From positions 1 through 64,000 of the IMG/VR virus record IMGVR_UViG_3300032007_000061: a DNA stretch of 64,000 nucleotides; one strand, 5' to 3'. The notes under the pieces are model-generated. The model worked only from the letters and a program-made list of their open reading frames with translations, did not search any database and was not told the DNA's origin. Numbering within the stretch: the stretch's first letter is position 1; each line of letters starts with the position of its first letter. Positions 53,567 through 61,973 of this stretch are shown piece after piece. A program made the position numbers and the translations under genes. Source of the DNA: a virus. Lineage: Duplodnaviria; Caudoviricetes.

Positions 53567-53571
53567 AGTGT

Positions 53572-53602
53572 GCCATGCAGGGGAGTCGAACCCCTGCTTG
53601 AC
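53572..53602 (-). other. tRNA-minihelix-like T-loop hairpin B
   Basis: GTCAAGCAGGGG-TTCGACT-CCCCTGCATGGC (12-position stem, one mismatch). Confidence 0.7.
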
Positions 53603-53654
53603 GAGACTGCATAGTTATCCCGCCCCACTTATGGCTACCAGTTGGAGGTTCTTC

Positions 53655-54266
53655 TTAGAACTCCACTCTGTCCTTGCTGACCTCGATGACCTTGCGCTCG
53701 CTGCCCTCAGTCTTGACGATGTAGCAGTGCTCGATTGCGGCCCACTTGTCCTCTGCTTCCTTGGACTTCTCAGCCAGCTTCGTGTACTTGCGTGACTGGA
53801 TGAGGCCAGTGAGGATGGTGTTGACGCTCCACTTGTGCGGGTCGATGAGTGCCAGACGATAGACACTGATAGGCTTGCCGTCTGCTTTCAGGGCCTCTTC
53901 CTCGGATGCGTACACACGATAGGCAGTCTCCTTGTCGTCCTCATCCATGACATACTTTGCCGGCACGTTCTTGAAGATGTAGTTGCCCATCACCTTGTTC
54001 GAGTCGTTCACTGCCAGCATTTCCTCTCTCCACCCCCCGTTAATCAGGGCTGGGGTATAGCCCTTTTTCACACCTTTCGGCGTAACGAAGCGAGGCACAC
54101 CGTGCGCCTCCATCCAGTCCTCCACAGTAAGGCCGTCTGTCTCTGGCAGCTTTCGGGTGTAGATTCCCTCGAACTGCTTCAATACCTGCGATAACTGACC
54201 AGTCAGGTCAAGGATACCACGCTTGCCTTTGTTCTCCTGCTTCACTGTAATCTTAGTCTGCTTCAT
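53655..54266 (-). CDS. first gene of minus-strand array, hypothetical
   Basis: Start MKQTKITV (ATG 54266) right after the structured leader. Confidence 0.75.
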   Translation of the reverse strand: MKQTKITVKQENKGKRGILDLTGQLSQVLKQFEGIYTRKLPETDGLTVEDWMEAHGVPRFVTPKGVKKGYTPALINGGWREEMLAVNDSNKVMGNYIFKNVPAKYVMDEDDKETAYRVYASEEEALKADGKPISVYRLALIDPHKWSVNTILTGLIQSRKYTKLAEKSKEAEDKWAAIEHCYIVKTEGSERKVIEVSKDRVEF

Positions 54267-54533
54267 AATACTCTCGTTTGGGGAGTTGCACCCCTGGCAG
54301 TCCTTTCCTGCCCTTTTGTTAGACAATATCGGACCCATGCAGGGAGTCGAACCCTGCACAGGTCAGAGAGTATAATAGTAGTCACTTTCGTGACTGCTAA
54401 AGCTGTCGATGAACGTCTGCAACTTGTGCGCCTACAGACTTTGCACACCATCACCGCGAACCGCTGTAGCTTTGCGAGGAACCACCCCACTACGGACTAC
54501 TCATGCCTTTGAACGCAATTCGCTCATGCCGAA
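54264..54533 (-). ncRNA. candidate structured leader RNA with pseudoknot and T-loop hairpins
   Basis: H-type pseudoknot GTGTGC/GCGCAC + TCTGTAG/TTGCAGA; TAGCAGTCAC-GAAA-GTGACTACTA; 13-bp TTCGACT minihelix; GGGG-TGCAACT-CCCC. Confidence 0.6.
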
Positions 54534-54549
54534 ATATGTGCAAAGATTT

Positions 54550-56236
54550 TCCGTTTGGTCATAGCTCGCCTGTCTGAACCAGGACGCACCACTATGTACT
54601 CTTGTATCATAGATACAATACACCCCGTACCAATAGGGATTTCACCCCAACACCCGTGAGCGCACTCTATCCCCAAGGGATAGGCTGATTTACTACTTTT
54701 GCCGACAAGACACATAGTGTCCTTATATAGGCATAGCCTATTTGGTTGTCGGTTGTTTCGTGTGGTGTCGCAATAAATGAAAGAACGATTTTGAAACCGG
54801 TGGTGAACTGATTTCGAAAGCAAACATAGGTAGTTTTTCAATGCACTCCAAATTTATTTTCATGTTGTAAGTTCCTCATTTTAAAATGCTTAGATAGGTA
54901 CGTTGAGTGTGCGCGTATAAATAGGTGATGAATGTTGAAGAAAAATACACGTTTCTTTTCTGAAATGTTTACAAAAAGTGTATTAATGTTTTTTACAACG
55001 AACGATAGCGTTTGTTATAAAGATTTTTAACCAAAGAACCGAGACAAGACTAAACACATTTTTACAGAAATTAACAGACCTTAACGGTTCGCGCACGGGT
55101 TGCATAATAAGGTATAATGGTAAAAGTGAAAAAATAGACGTATAAAGAATTAAGACAAAATAGGTGTAAAGTATTTTTACCTTTAACAATTAGGTTCACT
55201 TTTGCGGAAAGTGAACCAAACGAAGGGGTCGAAATCTCTGGAAACACCAATAAATAAAGGAAAAAAGAGGGGTGGGTGTACCCTGCGGACTGGAAGCCAT
55301 ACACAAACTATTTCCGATTTTTGAATTTCGGATTTTCCCACATTTATGTCTCTTCCAGCCATTTTCAAAACACAATCTCACATTCTCACTCTCATTATAC
55401 GTCTTAAAAATAGCCCTATAGGTCGCTGGAAGCCTCTCAGATGCTTTCCCAGACCATCGCCTTAACATTTCCTCATTCCACATTAACAATCTCCTTAGAA
55501 CCATTCTTTTCAGCACCACAAATCTCATCCACTTGAACATAAGTTCAAAACCATGATGGTTCCCAGCACCAACGAAAAATCCATTTTCCCCCATAAAACT
55601 CATCTTGGATGATTCCCAAAAAATTTCTCGGCCAAAATTTCAGATTTCATTTTTGTTAAAACACATATAAAAACTCCCATATACATAAAATACCGAATAA
55701 TGCCCGAATTTCGCACAGAAACGGCCCAAATTTCGATTTTCAGGCTTTCAGCGGGCAACTACAAGGCCAGAAGCCTAAAATGCGCTCAGAACGGCTTAAA
55801 ATCGCCCGATAAATTTTTGCCGCCACAAAAACGGAACTTTGGGAGCTGGCAGAATCGAGTGGCGGCGACCAAGCTCGGCGGCGGCGCGTGGCTAATTATA
55901 CGTGACCTTTTGTTTTGCCTTTAATAGGAGAATCACTTACATGGTCTTTTGCTTACGATAGCCACATGAATATTTTATAAATAAAATGCTGGAAGTTGAG
56001 TAAGATGTTTCTTGAAAGATTCCTTTATGTTCTTAAATGCTTTCTTTTATGCCTTACGGCATGGTACTGGAAGTTATCAGATATTCTAATATTAATGCTT
56101 TTCCTATATTCCTAATGGTTACAAGAAAATAACCTATATGTTATCCTATATAGCTTTATATTTTTTATATATATTTTCTATACATCACCCCAAAAATTGC
56201 CTGAAACCCCTGTGTTTATCGGCATTTCGGCGAAAT
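54550..56236. other. 1.7-kb non-coding control region (origin/terminus candidate)
   Basis: No credible ORF; C-poor then G-poor + strand around 55285; perfect IR GGTTCACTTT/AAAGTGAACC at 55193-55217. Confidence 0.55.
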
Positions 56237-56340
56237 TTAAGACATGCACGTTTGTGCATGTCTTGATGCAAAATTGTGCATGTCTTAAATCTTTACATCA
56301 TTTTTTCAATTTAAGACATGCACAATCCTGCATGTCTTAA
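56237..56340. repeat. five-copy (TT)AAGACATGCA(C) iteron-like array in both orientations
   Basis: Copies at 56237-49(+), 56254-64(-), 56276-88(-), 56311-23(+), 56329-40(-). Confidence 0.85.
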
Positions 56341-56774
56341 CTGTTTTCTTTCTGTTTTCTTCTTTCTTTTCTATCAAATTTTGATATTTCAGAATCAGAA
56401 AGTTCCAATATTGTTTTATCGCACATATACCCCCTTAGTGTAAATCTAAGTCTCGGATAATCTCTCATAATGTCACTCAAACGAATAAGAGCCTTAACAT
56501 TCAATGTGATTTCTGCAGTCATTCTTCTTTTTTGTTTCACATCAATCAAACCAATTTTGTGGATGCCTGAGAATACCTTTCGAAATTTTCTTTCGGACCA
56601 TCCCATCTTTTCATAACCGCAATTTATAATTTCATCATCATTGACGTTTGCATCTTCTAAAAACCACATCATCATTATGAGCTCAGATTCATCAAGGAAA
56701 TACTTCAAGGAGTGTGGCCACATATTGTTGCCACAACCTATAGTTTCCATTGCTTTTCTGAATATTCTGCCCAT
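56337..56774 (-). CDS. winged-helix protein (Rep-like), paralogue 2
   Basis: MGWSERKFRKVFSGIHKIGLIDV wHTH pattern; AT-rich. Confidence 0.65.
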   Translation of the reverse strand: MGRIFRKAMETIGCGNNMWPHSLKYFLDESELIMMMWFLEDANVNDDEIINCGYEKMGWSERKFRKVFSGIHKIGLIDVKQKRRMTAEITLNVKALIRLSDIMRDYPRLRFTLRGYMCDKTILELSDSEISKFDRKERRKQKENS

Positions 56775-56776
56775 AA

Positions 56777-57259
56777 TTATTTTGAGAATTTAGAGTTGAA
56801 TATTTTTTGAGCTGCTTTTATGTCATCATCTGTGATCTGTGACAAATGTTTGTCTTTGCACACTTTTCTAAGTAATTTTGGTGCAAATAGTAAATCTGCT
56901 CCAATTCTTTTTTGTGTGTCATAAATCAACTTATGGTTAATTGTTCTAACCACCATGTGACTTTTTCTTTGCGTGCATATAAAGCCAAGCTTTTCTAACT
57001 TATTGCTCCATTTTATTAGGGTGCCAAGGGACCATCCAGTTATAAACGCTAAATCTGCATTTGTTTCAGCACACTCTTTGAAGTTAAATGTGATATATTT
57101 TTCGCCAATACTGACTGTCTCACATTTTTTCAAGAGAATGTTGAACAAATGAAATTCCTTAACTGTGAGGTATTCACTTAAATCTGGCACAATTTTTATG
57201 CCGCCACTTAACCCCAACACAAAATTTTCATACTCACTAAAAACCCTTTTGATTCGCAT
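56777..57259 (-). CDS. winged-helix protein (Rep-like), paralogue 1
   Basis: TGWSLGTLIKWSNKLEKLGFIC wHTH pattern; AT-rich. Confidence 0.65.
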   Translation of the reverse strand: MRIKRVFSEYENFVLGLSGGIKIVPDLSEYLTVKEFHLFNILLKKCETVSIGEKYITFNFKECAETNADLAFITGWSLGTLIKWSNKLEKLGFICTQRKSHMVVRTINHKLIYDTQKRIGADLLFAPKLLRKVCKDKHLSQITDDDIKAAQKIFNSKFSK

Positions 57260-57433
57260 AATTTATTGTTTTTAATTTTGAACTTGATATTTAATTATAG
57301 TGATAAAAATAGCCAAAAGTTAGTTATGAGATTTATTTTTTCACTATTTTAACCATTGATTCTAAATAAATCGTTTAAAATATAACTATATTATTATAGA
57401 GTCATAAATTTATATGATTTGATTTTGAACTTG

Positions 57434-57479
57434 TCTCTCAGCGGAGAGAACAGTGCCCTGCCAGGCACAGGGCATTTTT
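57434..57479 (+). terminator. double hairpin with + strand U-tail
   Basis: TCTCTC-AGCG-GAGAGA then TGCCCTG..CAGGGCA TTTTT. Confidence 0.55.
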
Positions 57480-57548
57480 ATTAGGAAATTGTTTTAGGTT
57501 AGTAGTAATATTTATAGTTTTAGGTTTTTAGTTATTGGTAATAACAGA

Positions 57549-57586
57549 AGCACCACTCCAATTGGGAAATCGGGGTGGCGCTTTGC
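57549..57586 (-). terminator. hairpin after the 57587 ORF stop
   Basis: Minus strand AAAGCGCCACCCCGA..TTGGAGTGGTGCTTC. Confidence 0.6.
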
Positions 57587-57814
57587 TTAATTGGAGAAGC
57601 GGTTCTTTGGAGGTACCGATGTCTTTTCAATCGGCTTGCACTCCATCTGGTATTCAACCTTGATGTCGGGCTTGAAATAACCGCAATAACCATCACGCTT
57701 CACGGCTTTCCTCAGTTTCATGCAGTAGCCTTTCTTCATCCTGAAATTGGATGACGAGAATGACTTGCAGTATTGGCAGCAGTCATCCACATACGCTTCA
57801 TCGTGATCATCCAT
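57587..57814 (-). CDS. Cys-rich small protein
   Basis: CCQYC...GYC...GYCGYF. Confidence 0.65.
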   Translation of the reverse strand: MDDHDEAYVDDCCQYCKSFSSSNFRMKKGYCMKLRKAVKRDGYCGYFKPDIKVEYQMECKPIEKTSVPPKNRFSN

Positions 57815-58118
57815 TAGGCAATATGAAGTTTATGCCTTTGTTTTTCTTCCAGTTCTTATCGAGCTTCAAGGATTTCTGGAAGAACTCTACCAGCTCATTC
57901 ATATACGTTTCTTGGCACCTGCCTTTATAGTAGTAGATGCAGCCGTCAATCTTGGTGCAGTCCTTTGTGGTTACTGCAGGAACCATCATCTTTATTTCAC
58001 CATTCACCATTTGAGGTTGCGGATGCAGGTCTCTCAGTCTGCAATCGAGAGCAACAACCCTGATACCGTTTGGTAGGTCCTGGTATTCAAAGACGTATTT
58101 GTGATTCGGGTCTATCAT
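57807..58118 (-). CDS. hypothetical protein
   Basis: 103-aa ORF. Confidence 0.68.
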   Translation of the reverse strand: MIDPNHKYVFEYQDLPNGIRVVALDCRLRDLHPQPQMVNGEIKMMVPAVTTKDCTKIDGCIYYYKGRCQETYMNELVEFFQKSLKLDKNWKKNKGINFILPNG

Positions 58119-58121
58119 AGC

Positions 58122-58658
58122 TTAATCGTATTCTTCGTTTTCAATCGGGTCACTGTTAATCTCGAATTGTGCTCTGATGTCCTTGTAGTTTTCAGGCACG
58201 ATGCGGTTGATGTTCTTGTCTTTGAGTTTCTTCCTCAAAGCAGTCAGTCCACCAGCTTTCCACTTAGCACTCATCTGGTCCAGGACGGCTATTGCATCCC
58301 AATCAATTACCTTGTCACGCTTCTTTCCAGCCACCTCATAATGGATAATGCCCATCTTTTTCAGTCTCGCAAGCGTATTGGCTATTGAGATATGAGTGAC
58401 ACCGATGGCCTTTGCCATAGTCGTAGTCTTGATGATGCAGCACCCATGTTCACGTTGATGTCTCAGAATGATTGCGAACACTTTCATTTCACTGCCGGAC
58501 AGATATTCGAATAGTGCTTCCGGCATAGGCATGGTCCTGCCATTGAACACCGTCTCATCCCTCACAGAGACAACAGTCTGGTATTCAAAGATTGGCAGAC
58601 GCACCTCCCCATCCATTTCTACGATGGGGTTTTTCTGCTTGATTCCCCTGATTTTCAT
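58122..58658 (-). CDS. winged-helix protein (replication/regulatory)
   Basis: LSGSEMKVFAIIL...TMAKAIGVTHISIANTLARLKKMGII wHTH. Confidence 0.75.
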   Translation of the reverse strand: MKIRGIKQKNPIVEMDGEVRLPIFEYQTVVSVRDETVFNGRTMPMPEALFEYLSGSEMKVFAIILRHQREHGCCIIKTTTMAKAIGVTHISIANTLARLKKMGIIHYEVAGKKRDKVIDWDAIAVLDQMSAKWKAGGLTALRKKLKDKNINRIVPENYKDIRAQFEINSDPIENEEYD

Positions 58659-58678
58659 TCGTTTTGCTATATGAGAAC

Positions 58679-58723
58679 GAATCTGTTTTCATCAAACTAT
58701 AACAAAACTGCTTTCATCAAATT
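58679..58723 (-). repeat. tandem pair of 20-bp box
   Basis: AATTTGATGAAAGCAGTTTT (58704-23) and AGTTTGATGAAAACAGATTC (58679-98). Confidence 0.8.
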
Positions 58724-58729
58724 GTGGGG

Positions 58730-58819
58730 CAAAGATAGTGGTTTTTGTTCAAATTTACAAGTTTTGATTAAAAAATATTTTATCCAATGCCAATTTTCGG
58801 TATATTTTGCATACCTTTG
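58730..58819. promoter_or_regulatory. divergent Bacteroidetes -7 promoter pair
   Basis: TATCTTTG (minus, 58730-37) and TACCTTTG (plus, 58812-19). Confidence 0.65.
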
Positions 58820-58844
58820 CACCGAAATTGATGATGCGCATATT

Positions 58845-59711
58845 ATGAGCAAGACCAAGGAGCAGGTCAACAGATACCTGACACATTGCAGGTTCCCAGA
58901 AGATGATTGGGCAAAAATTCTTCTCTATTGCAGGAAGAATAACTTGGGATATGCTCACAAGTCGGCGCATCCGAAATCAGAATCCACATACGAGCAGTTT
59001 ATCCAGTGGTTCCGAACTGGATATGGGTCTGGTGATGTCGTAAGATATGGCCACACAATAGGAATTTTGTCATCATGCACACCAGACTACAGTGCTTTTT
59101 GCGTTTATATTTCGTATGATGGCGAACTGGTTGTGTCTGACTTGCAGATTTCAACTGACAGGATCATGGCACCAGCTGAAAATGATGCGAAGAAAATCTA
59201 TAGCCAATTGAAGCTGCAGGGATTGGATTTCGATGCACGGTTAGCAAGGATTTGCGAGAAGAAATTACCAGCACCTCACATCAGAATCGCTTACCAACAC
59301 GGCGGCATCACTGGATATGGCATTATAGAACGATATGATAGTGATGTGGCTCATTTCATTTTCGGTGTGGAAAATGGAGAATTATTGCAGCACTTCGACA
59401 TACCGCTGCATGAACTGACAACCAACACCATTGACAAGCATGGAATAGCTGTCATTACAAACGCTCTTAATGACGCTCTTTTACGATGGAATCCTGAGAC
59501 ATATCAGCTTGAAAAAATGCGTCCAAGGGTTAAGGTTGGCGAAACATACTGGTATATCACAGATAAGTTCTCAGTTTCCAGTGCCATTGAGAATAAGGCA
59601 CCGACCAATGATGCCAGGTATGAGCGAGGAAACTACTTTATCAACCATTCTGATGCAGTTGATTTTCTGGTGGCAATCCAGAAAGTGCGAAAGGATATGG
59701 AAAAAGAATAG
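58845..59711 (+). CDS. hypothetical protein (only + strand gene in right arm)
   Basis: Start moved to MSKTKEQV after the -7 element; SH3-like GDVVRYG and VGETYW segments. Confidence 0.75.
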   Translation: MSKTKEQVNRYLTHCRFPEDDWAKILLYCRKNNLGYAHKSAHPKSESTYEQFIQWFRTGYGSGDVVRYGHTIGILSSCTPDYSAFCVYISYDGELVVSDLQISTDRIMAPAENDAKKIYSQLKLQGLDFDARLARICEKKLPAPHIRIAYQHGGITGYGIIERYDSDVAHFIFGVENGELLQHFDIPLHELTTNTIDKHGIAVITNALNDALLRWNPETYQLEKMRPRVKVGETYWYITDKFSVSSAIENKAPTNDARYERGNYFINHSDAVDFLVAIQKVRKDMEKE

Positions 59712-59729
59712 GTGACGAATAATCGCCAC

Positions 59730-60557
59730 CTACGCAAAGTCTTTTTTCACAGCGTGTTCGTACCAGTAGTTGTCGGCTGTTTCATCATCAACATTATCCA
59801 CTACTGATTTTTGCCCGTTTGCCTTGTTCCACTCCCGAATCTTGTCAGCAGAAAACACGCAAATCGAATCCGCAATCTCGGCCATTTTTACACGGTCATT
59901 CCATGTGCTGCGAATCTCTTTGAGGGTTATATCATCAACATATTTCTTGGCCTCCTGATACCAGTTGGCAATGTATCTGTCATTGATATTCTCGTTGTTT
60001 CTGAGAGCTTTTGCCATGTGAAATGCCCATACATAGGCCAACACCTCCATGTCAGTCAGCTTATCCCAGCCATCATTCTCGTCATCATAAGCAAGATAGA
60101 TAATCTTTTTGAGATAGATGCTGTCATTCTTCAATGCCGTGCGCTGATCAGTGAAGTTGGTTGGGTTATCCTCGACATTCTTCACACCGGTTCTGCATAT
60201 CGAATAAGTGCCGTCATAGATTGGGAACTGGAAAGCATCATGCAGCTTCTGTTCGTCCAGGTTGTTCGCCTTTCTGATAGTGTAAGGCTTTCCATTGATG
60301 TCAATTGGCAGGCCGTTTTCTTTGGCCTCTATGAAGTCATTGACTGCAGAGGCATAGAATCTGTCAAACACGTCCACTGGAACCTCTTTACCCCAGATAA
60401 ATGGATTTTGGTCATCTTCGGGGTCAGAGTGTATAAGTTCTGTCAATGCAGAAATAATGTAGGCTGCAAACAGTTGGTAGGGGTTCCTGCTTATTTCTCT
60501 TGTTCTTTCGGTAAACAGATAGATGTCCGTTTCCGAATAGCTTGGGTATTCTTTCAT
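59730..60557 (-). CDS. hypothetical protein
   Basis: 275-aa ORF. Confidence 0.78.
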   Translation of the reverse strand: MKEYPSYSETDIYLFTERTREISRNPYQLFAAYIISALTELIHSDPEDDQNPFIWGKEVPVDVFDRFYASAVNDFIEAKENGLPIDINGKPYTIRKANNLDEQKLHDAFQFPIYDGTYSICRTGVKNVEDNPTNFTDQRTALKNDSIYLKKIIYLAYDDENDGWDKLTDMEVLAYVWAFHMAKALRNNENINDRYIANWYQEAKKYVDDITLKEIRSTWNDRVKMAEIADSICVFSADKIREWNKANGQKSVVDNVDDETADNYWYEHAVKKDFA

Positions 60558-60925
60558 TTTCTGAGACAGTTAATTGCTTTTTGTAAATCTGAAATGTACT
60601 GCGTACCACGTCTGATGGCCATATAGACTGCATCACGCTCATTTTTCTGAGGCTTGCCGTGCCTTGTGTACGATTTAAGTTCTTCCATGTGGTTTGATAC
60701 CTCCACAATCATCATGTTAAGAATCTCTGAATGTGTGTGTGCCGGAATAGCATCTTTCTCGAATACAGACTTCGGCACCCAGCTTATACCGTCATCAGGA
60801 TCATCAACCAGATAACCGTCATTTCCGTGAGTCAGGTTGGTTATCTTTTTGCCGATTATCTCTTCTGCATTTGACTGGAACATCGGTTCTGCGTCAACGA
60901 ATCTCACTCTTTTGTATCTCTTCAT
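60554..60925 (-). CDS. hypothetical protein
   Basis: VDAEPM...GYLV...ISWVPKSVFEK pattern. Confidence 0.7.
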   Translation of the reverse strand: MKRYKRVRFVDAEPMFQSNAEEIIGKKITNLTHGNDGYLVDDPDDGISWVPKSVFEKDAIPAHTHSEILNMMIVEVSNHMEELKSYTRHGKPQKNERDAVYMAIRRGTQYISDLQKAINCLRK

Positions 60926-61107
60926 TTCTTATGCAGCTTTTTGGCAAAGTGTTCACATTCATTCTTCTTCAAATCCAACGGAGCAGAAGATAAGATGGAG
61001 AAAACAGAATAGTCCACCCCACTTATCTTGTCCGTTATGTTTCTGGCGCACCTCTGGCAGACTTTGTGCCAGGGGTGGCCATAGCATAGTGTGTGGTCCT
61101 CAATCAT
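60922..61107 (-). CDS. small Cys-rich protein
   Basis: LCYG..CQRCAR..CEHF; ATGA couplings. Confidence 0.62.
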   Translation of the reverse strand: MIEDHTLCYGHPWHKVCQRCARNITDKISGVDYSVFSILSSAPLDLKKNECEHFAKKLHKK

Positions 61108-61352
61108 AGGATTGTCTTTTTACTTGCAATAAATTCCTTTGCCTCATCCTCAGTATTGAAGAAAGCATCCTTATCAATAAGCAAGTCATTCTCGCTCTTG
61201 ACTTTCTCCAATGTCTGAACTCTTGCGTTTACCCATTGAGACAGAAAACTCTTGACTTGTACGGCAAAACCGCATTTCTTGTTGTCCGCATAAACAGGAA
61301 CAACTCTGTACTTGGTCTCGAAGAACCTCTTAAATTTTTCCCACATAATCAT
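61104..61352 (-). CDS. hypothetical protein
   Basis: 82 aa; preceded by the 20-bp box. Confidence 0.65.
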   Translation of the reverse strand: MIMWEKFKRFFETKYRVVPVYADNKKCGFAVQVKSFLSQWVNARVQTLEKVKSENDLLIDKDAFFNTEDEAKEFIASKKTIL

Positions 61353-61373
61353 TATTTTTTTATGGTGAATAAT

Positions 61374-61393
61374 GATTCTGCTTTCATCAAATT
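61374..61393 (-). repeat. 20-bp box AATTTGATGAAAGCAGAATC
   Basis: Immediately after the stop of the 61395-61973 gene. Confidence 0.78.
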
Positions 61394-61394
61394 G

Positions 61395-61973
61395 CTATAC
61401 GTCCAGCGTTTCAAAGCCGTCGTAGTGTTCTATATCCAGTATGTTACAGAATGACGGACATTTCTCATTCCCAACCTGCCATGTCTTTGGAACCATGTTG
61501 TATGGCCCTTTCCCATATTCTTTTCTGACATCATATCTCAGGCAGTGATAGCGATCGAAGCATCCGAAATTCTCACAATCGAAGAATCCACGTTTCAGGC
61601 GATAGTATATGCGTCTTGTTATCCACCATCCTGTATCTGGCAGCAACTCCCTGAATTGTAGTGGAACCTCGCCTATTTTCCAGATGTCATTGCTCTTCTT
61701 GATGGTGTTGTCTTTTTTTAGGATATACTTCATGTGGCCACCACCAAGCATATCTCCTGGATTCAGTACGGTTTGTGGTGGCAGGAAGTCATAGCACACA
61801 CCAGCGATTACCTCTCTGTTAGGACTTTTCTCCTTGATAAACCTTAACCAACTCGCACAATCATGGCAAACAAGCCCTTTCCATGCCTTGTTAAAGGCAA
61901 GGCCATCGGTAGTGCTGGTGAAATCCCAGAACATCTTACCGCAACAGGGGCATTTACGCTGGTGGGTGCTCAT
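61395..61973 (-). CDS. Cys-rich hypothetical protein
   Basis: CPCCG..CHDCASW; CENFGCFDRYHC. Confidence 0.75.
   Translation of the reverse strand: MSTHQRKCPCCGKMFWDFTSTTDGLAFNKAWKGLVCHDCASWLRFIKEKSPNREVIAGVCYDFLPPQTVLNPGDMLGGGHMKYILKKDNTIKKSNDIWKIGEVPLQFRELLPDTGWWITRRIYYRLKRGFFDCENFGCFDRYHCLRYDVRKEYGKGPYNMVPKTWQVGNEKCPSFCNILDIEHYDGFETLDV

Noticed and set aside
53572-53602. Complete tRNA gene
   Set aside because: Only a T-loop stem; no D or anticodon arm
54264-54533. tmRNA or HDV-like/theta ribozyme
   Set aside because: No tRNA-Ala-like 5' end or tag frame; the TCCTCGC tract lacks a convincing P3/P1.1/J4-2 arrangement
56237-56340. CRISPR array
   Set aside because: Units are 11-13 bp, in both orientations, with irregular short spacers; no cas genes
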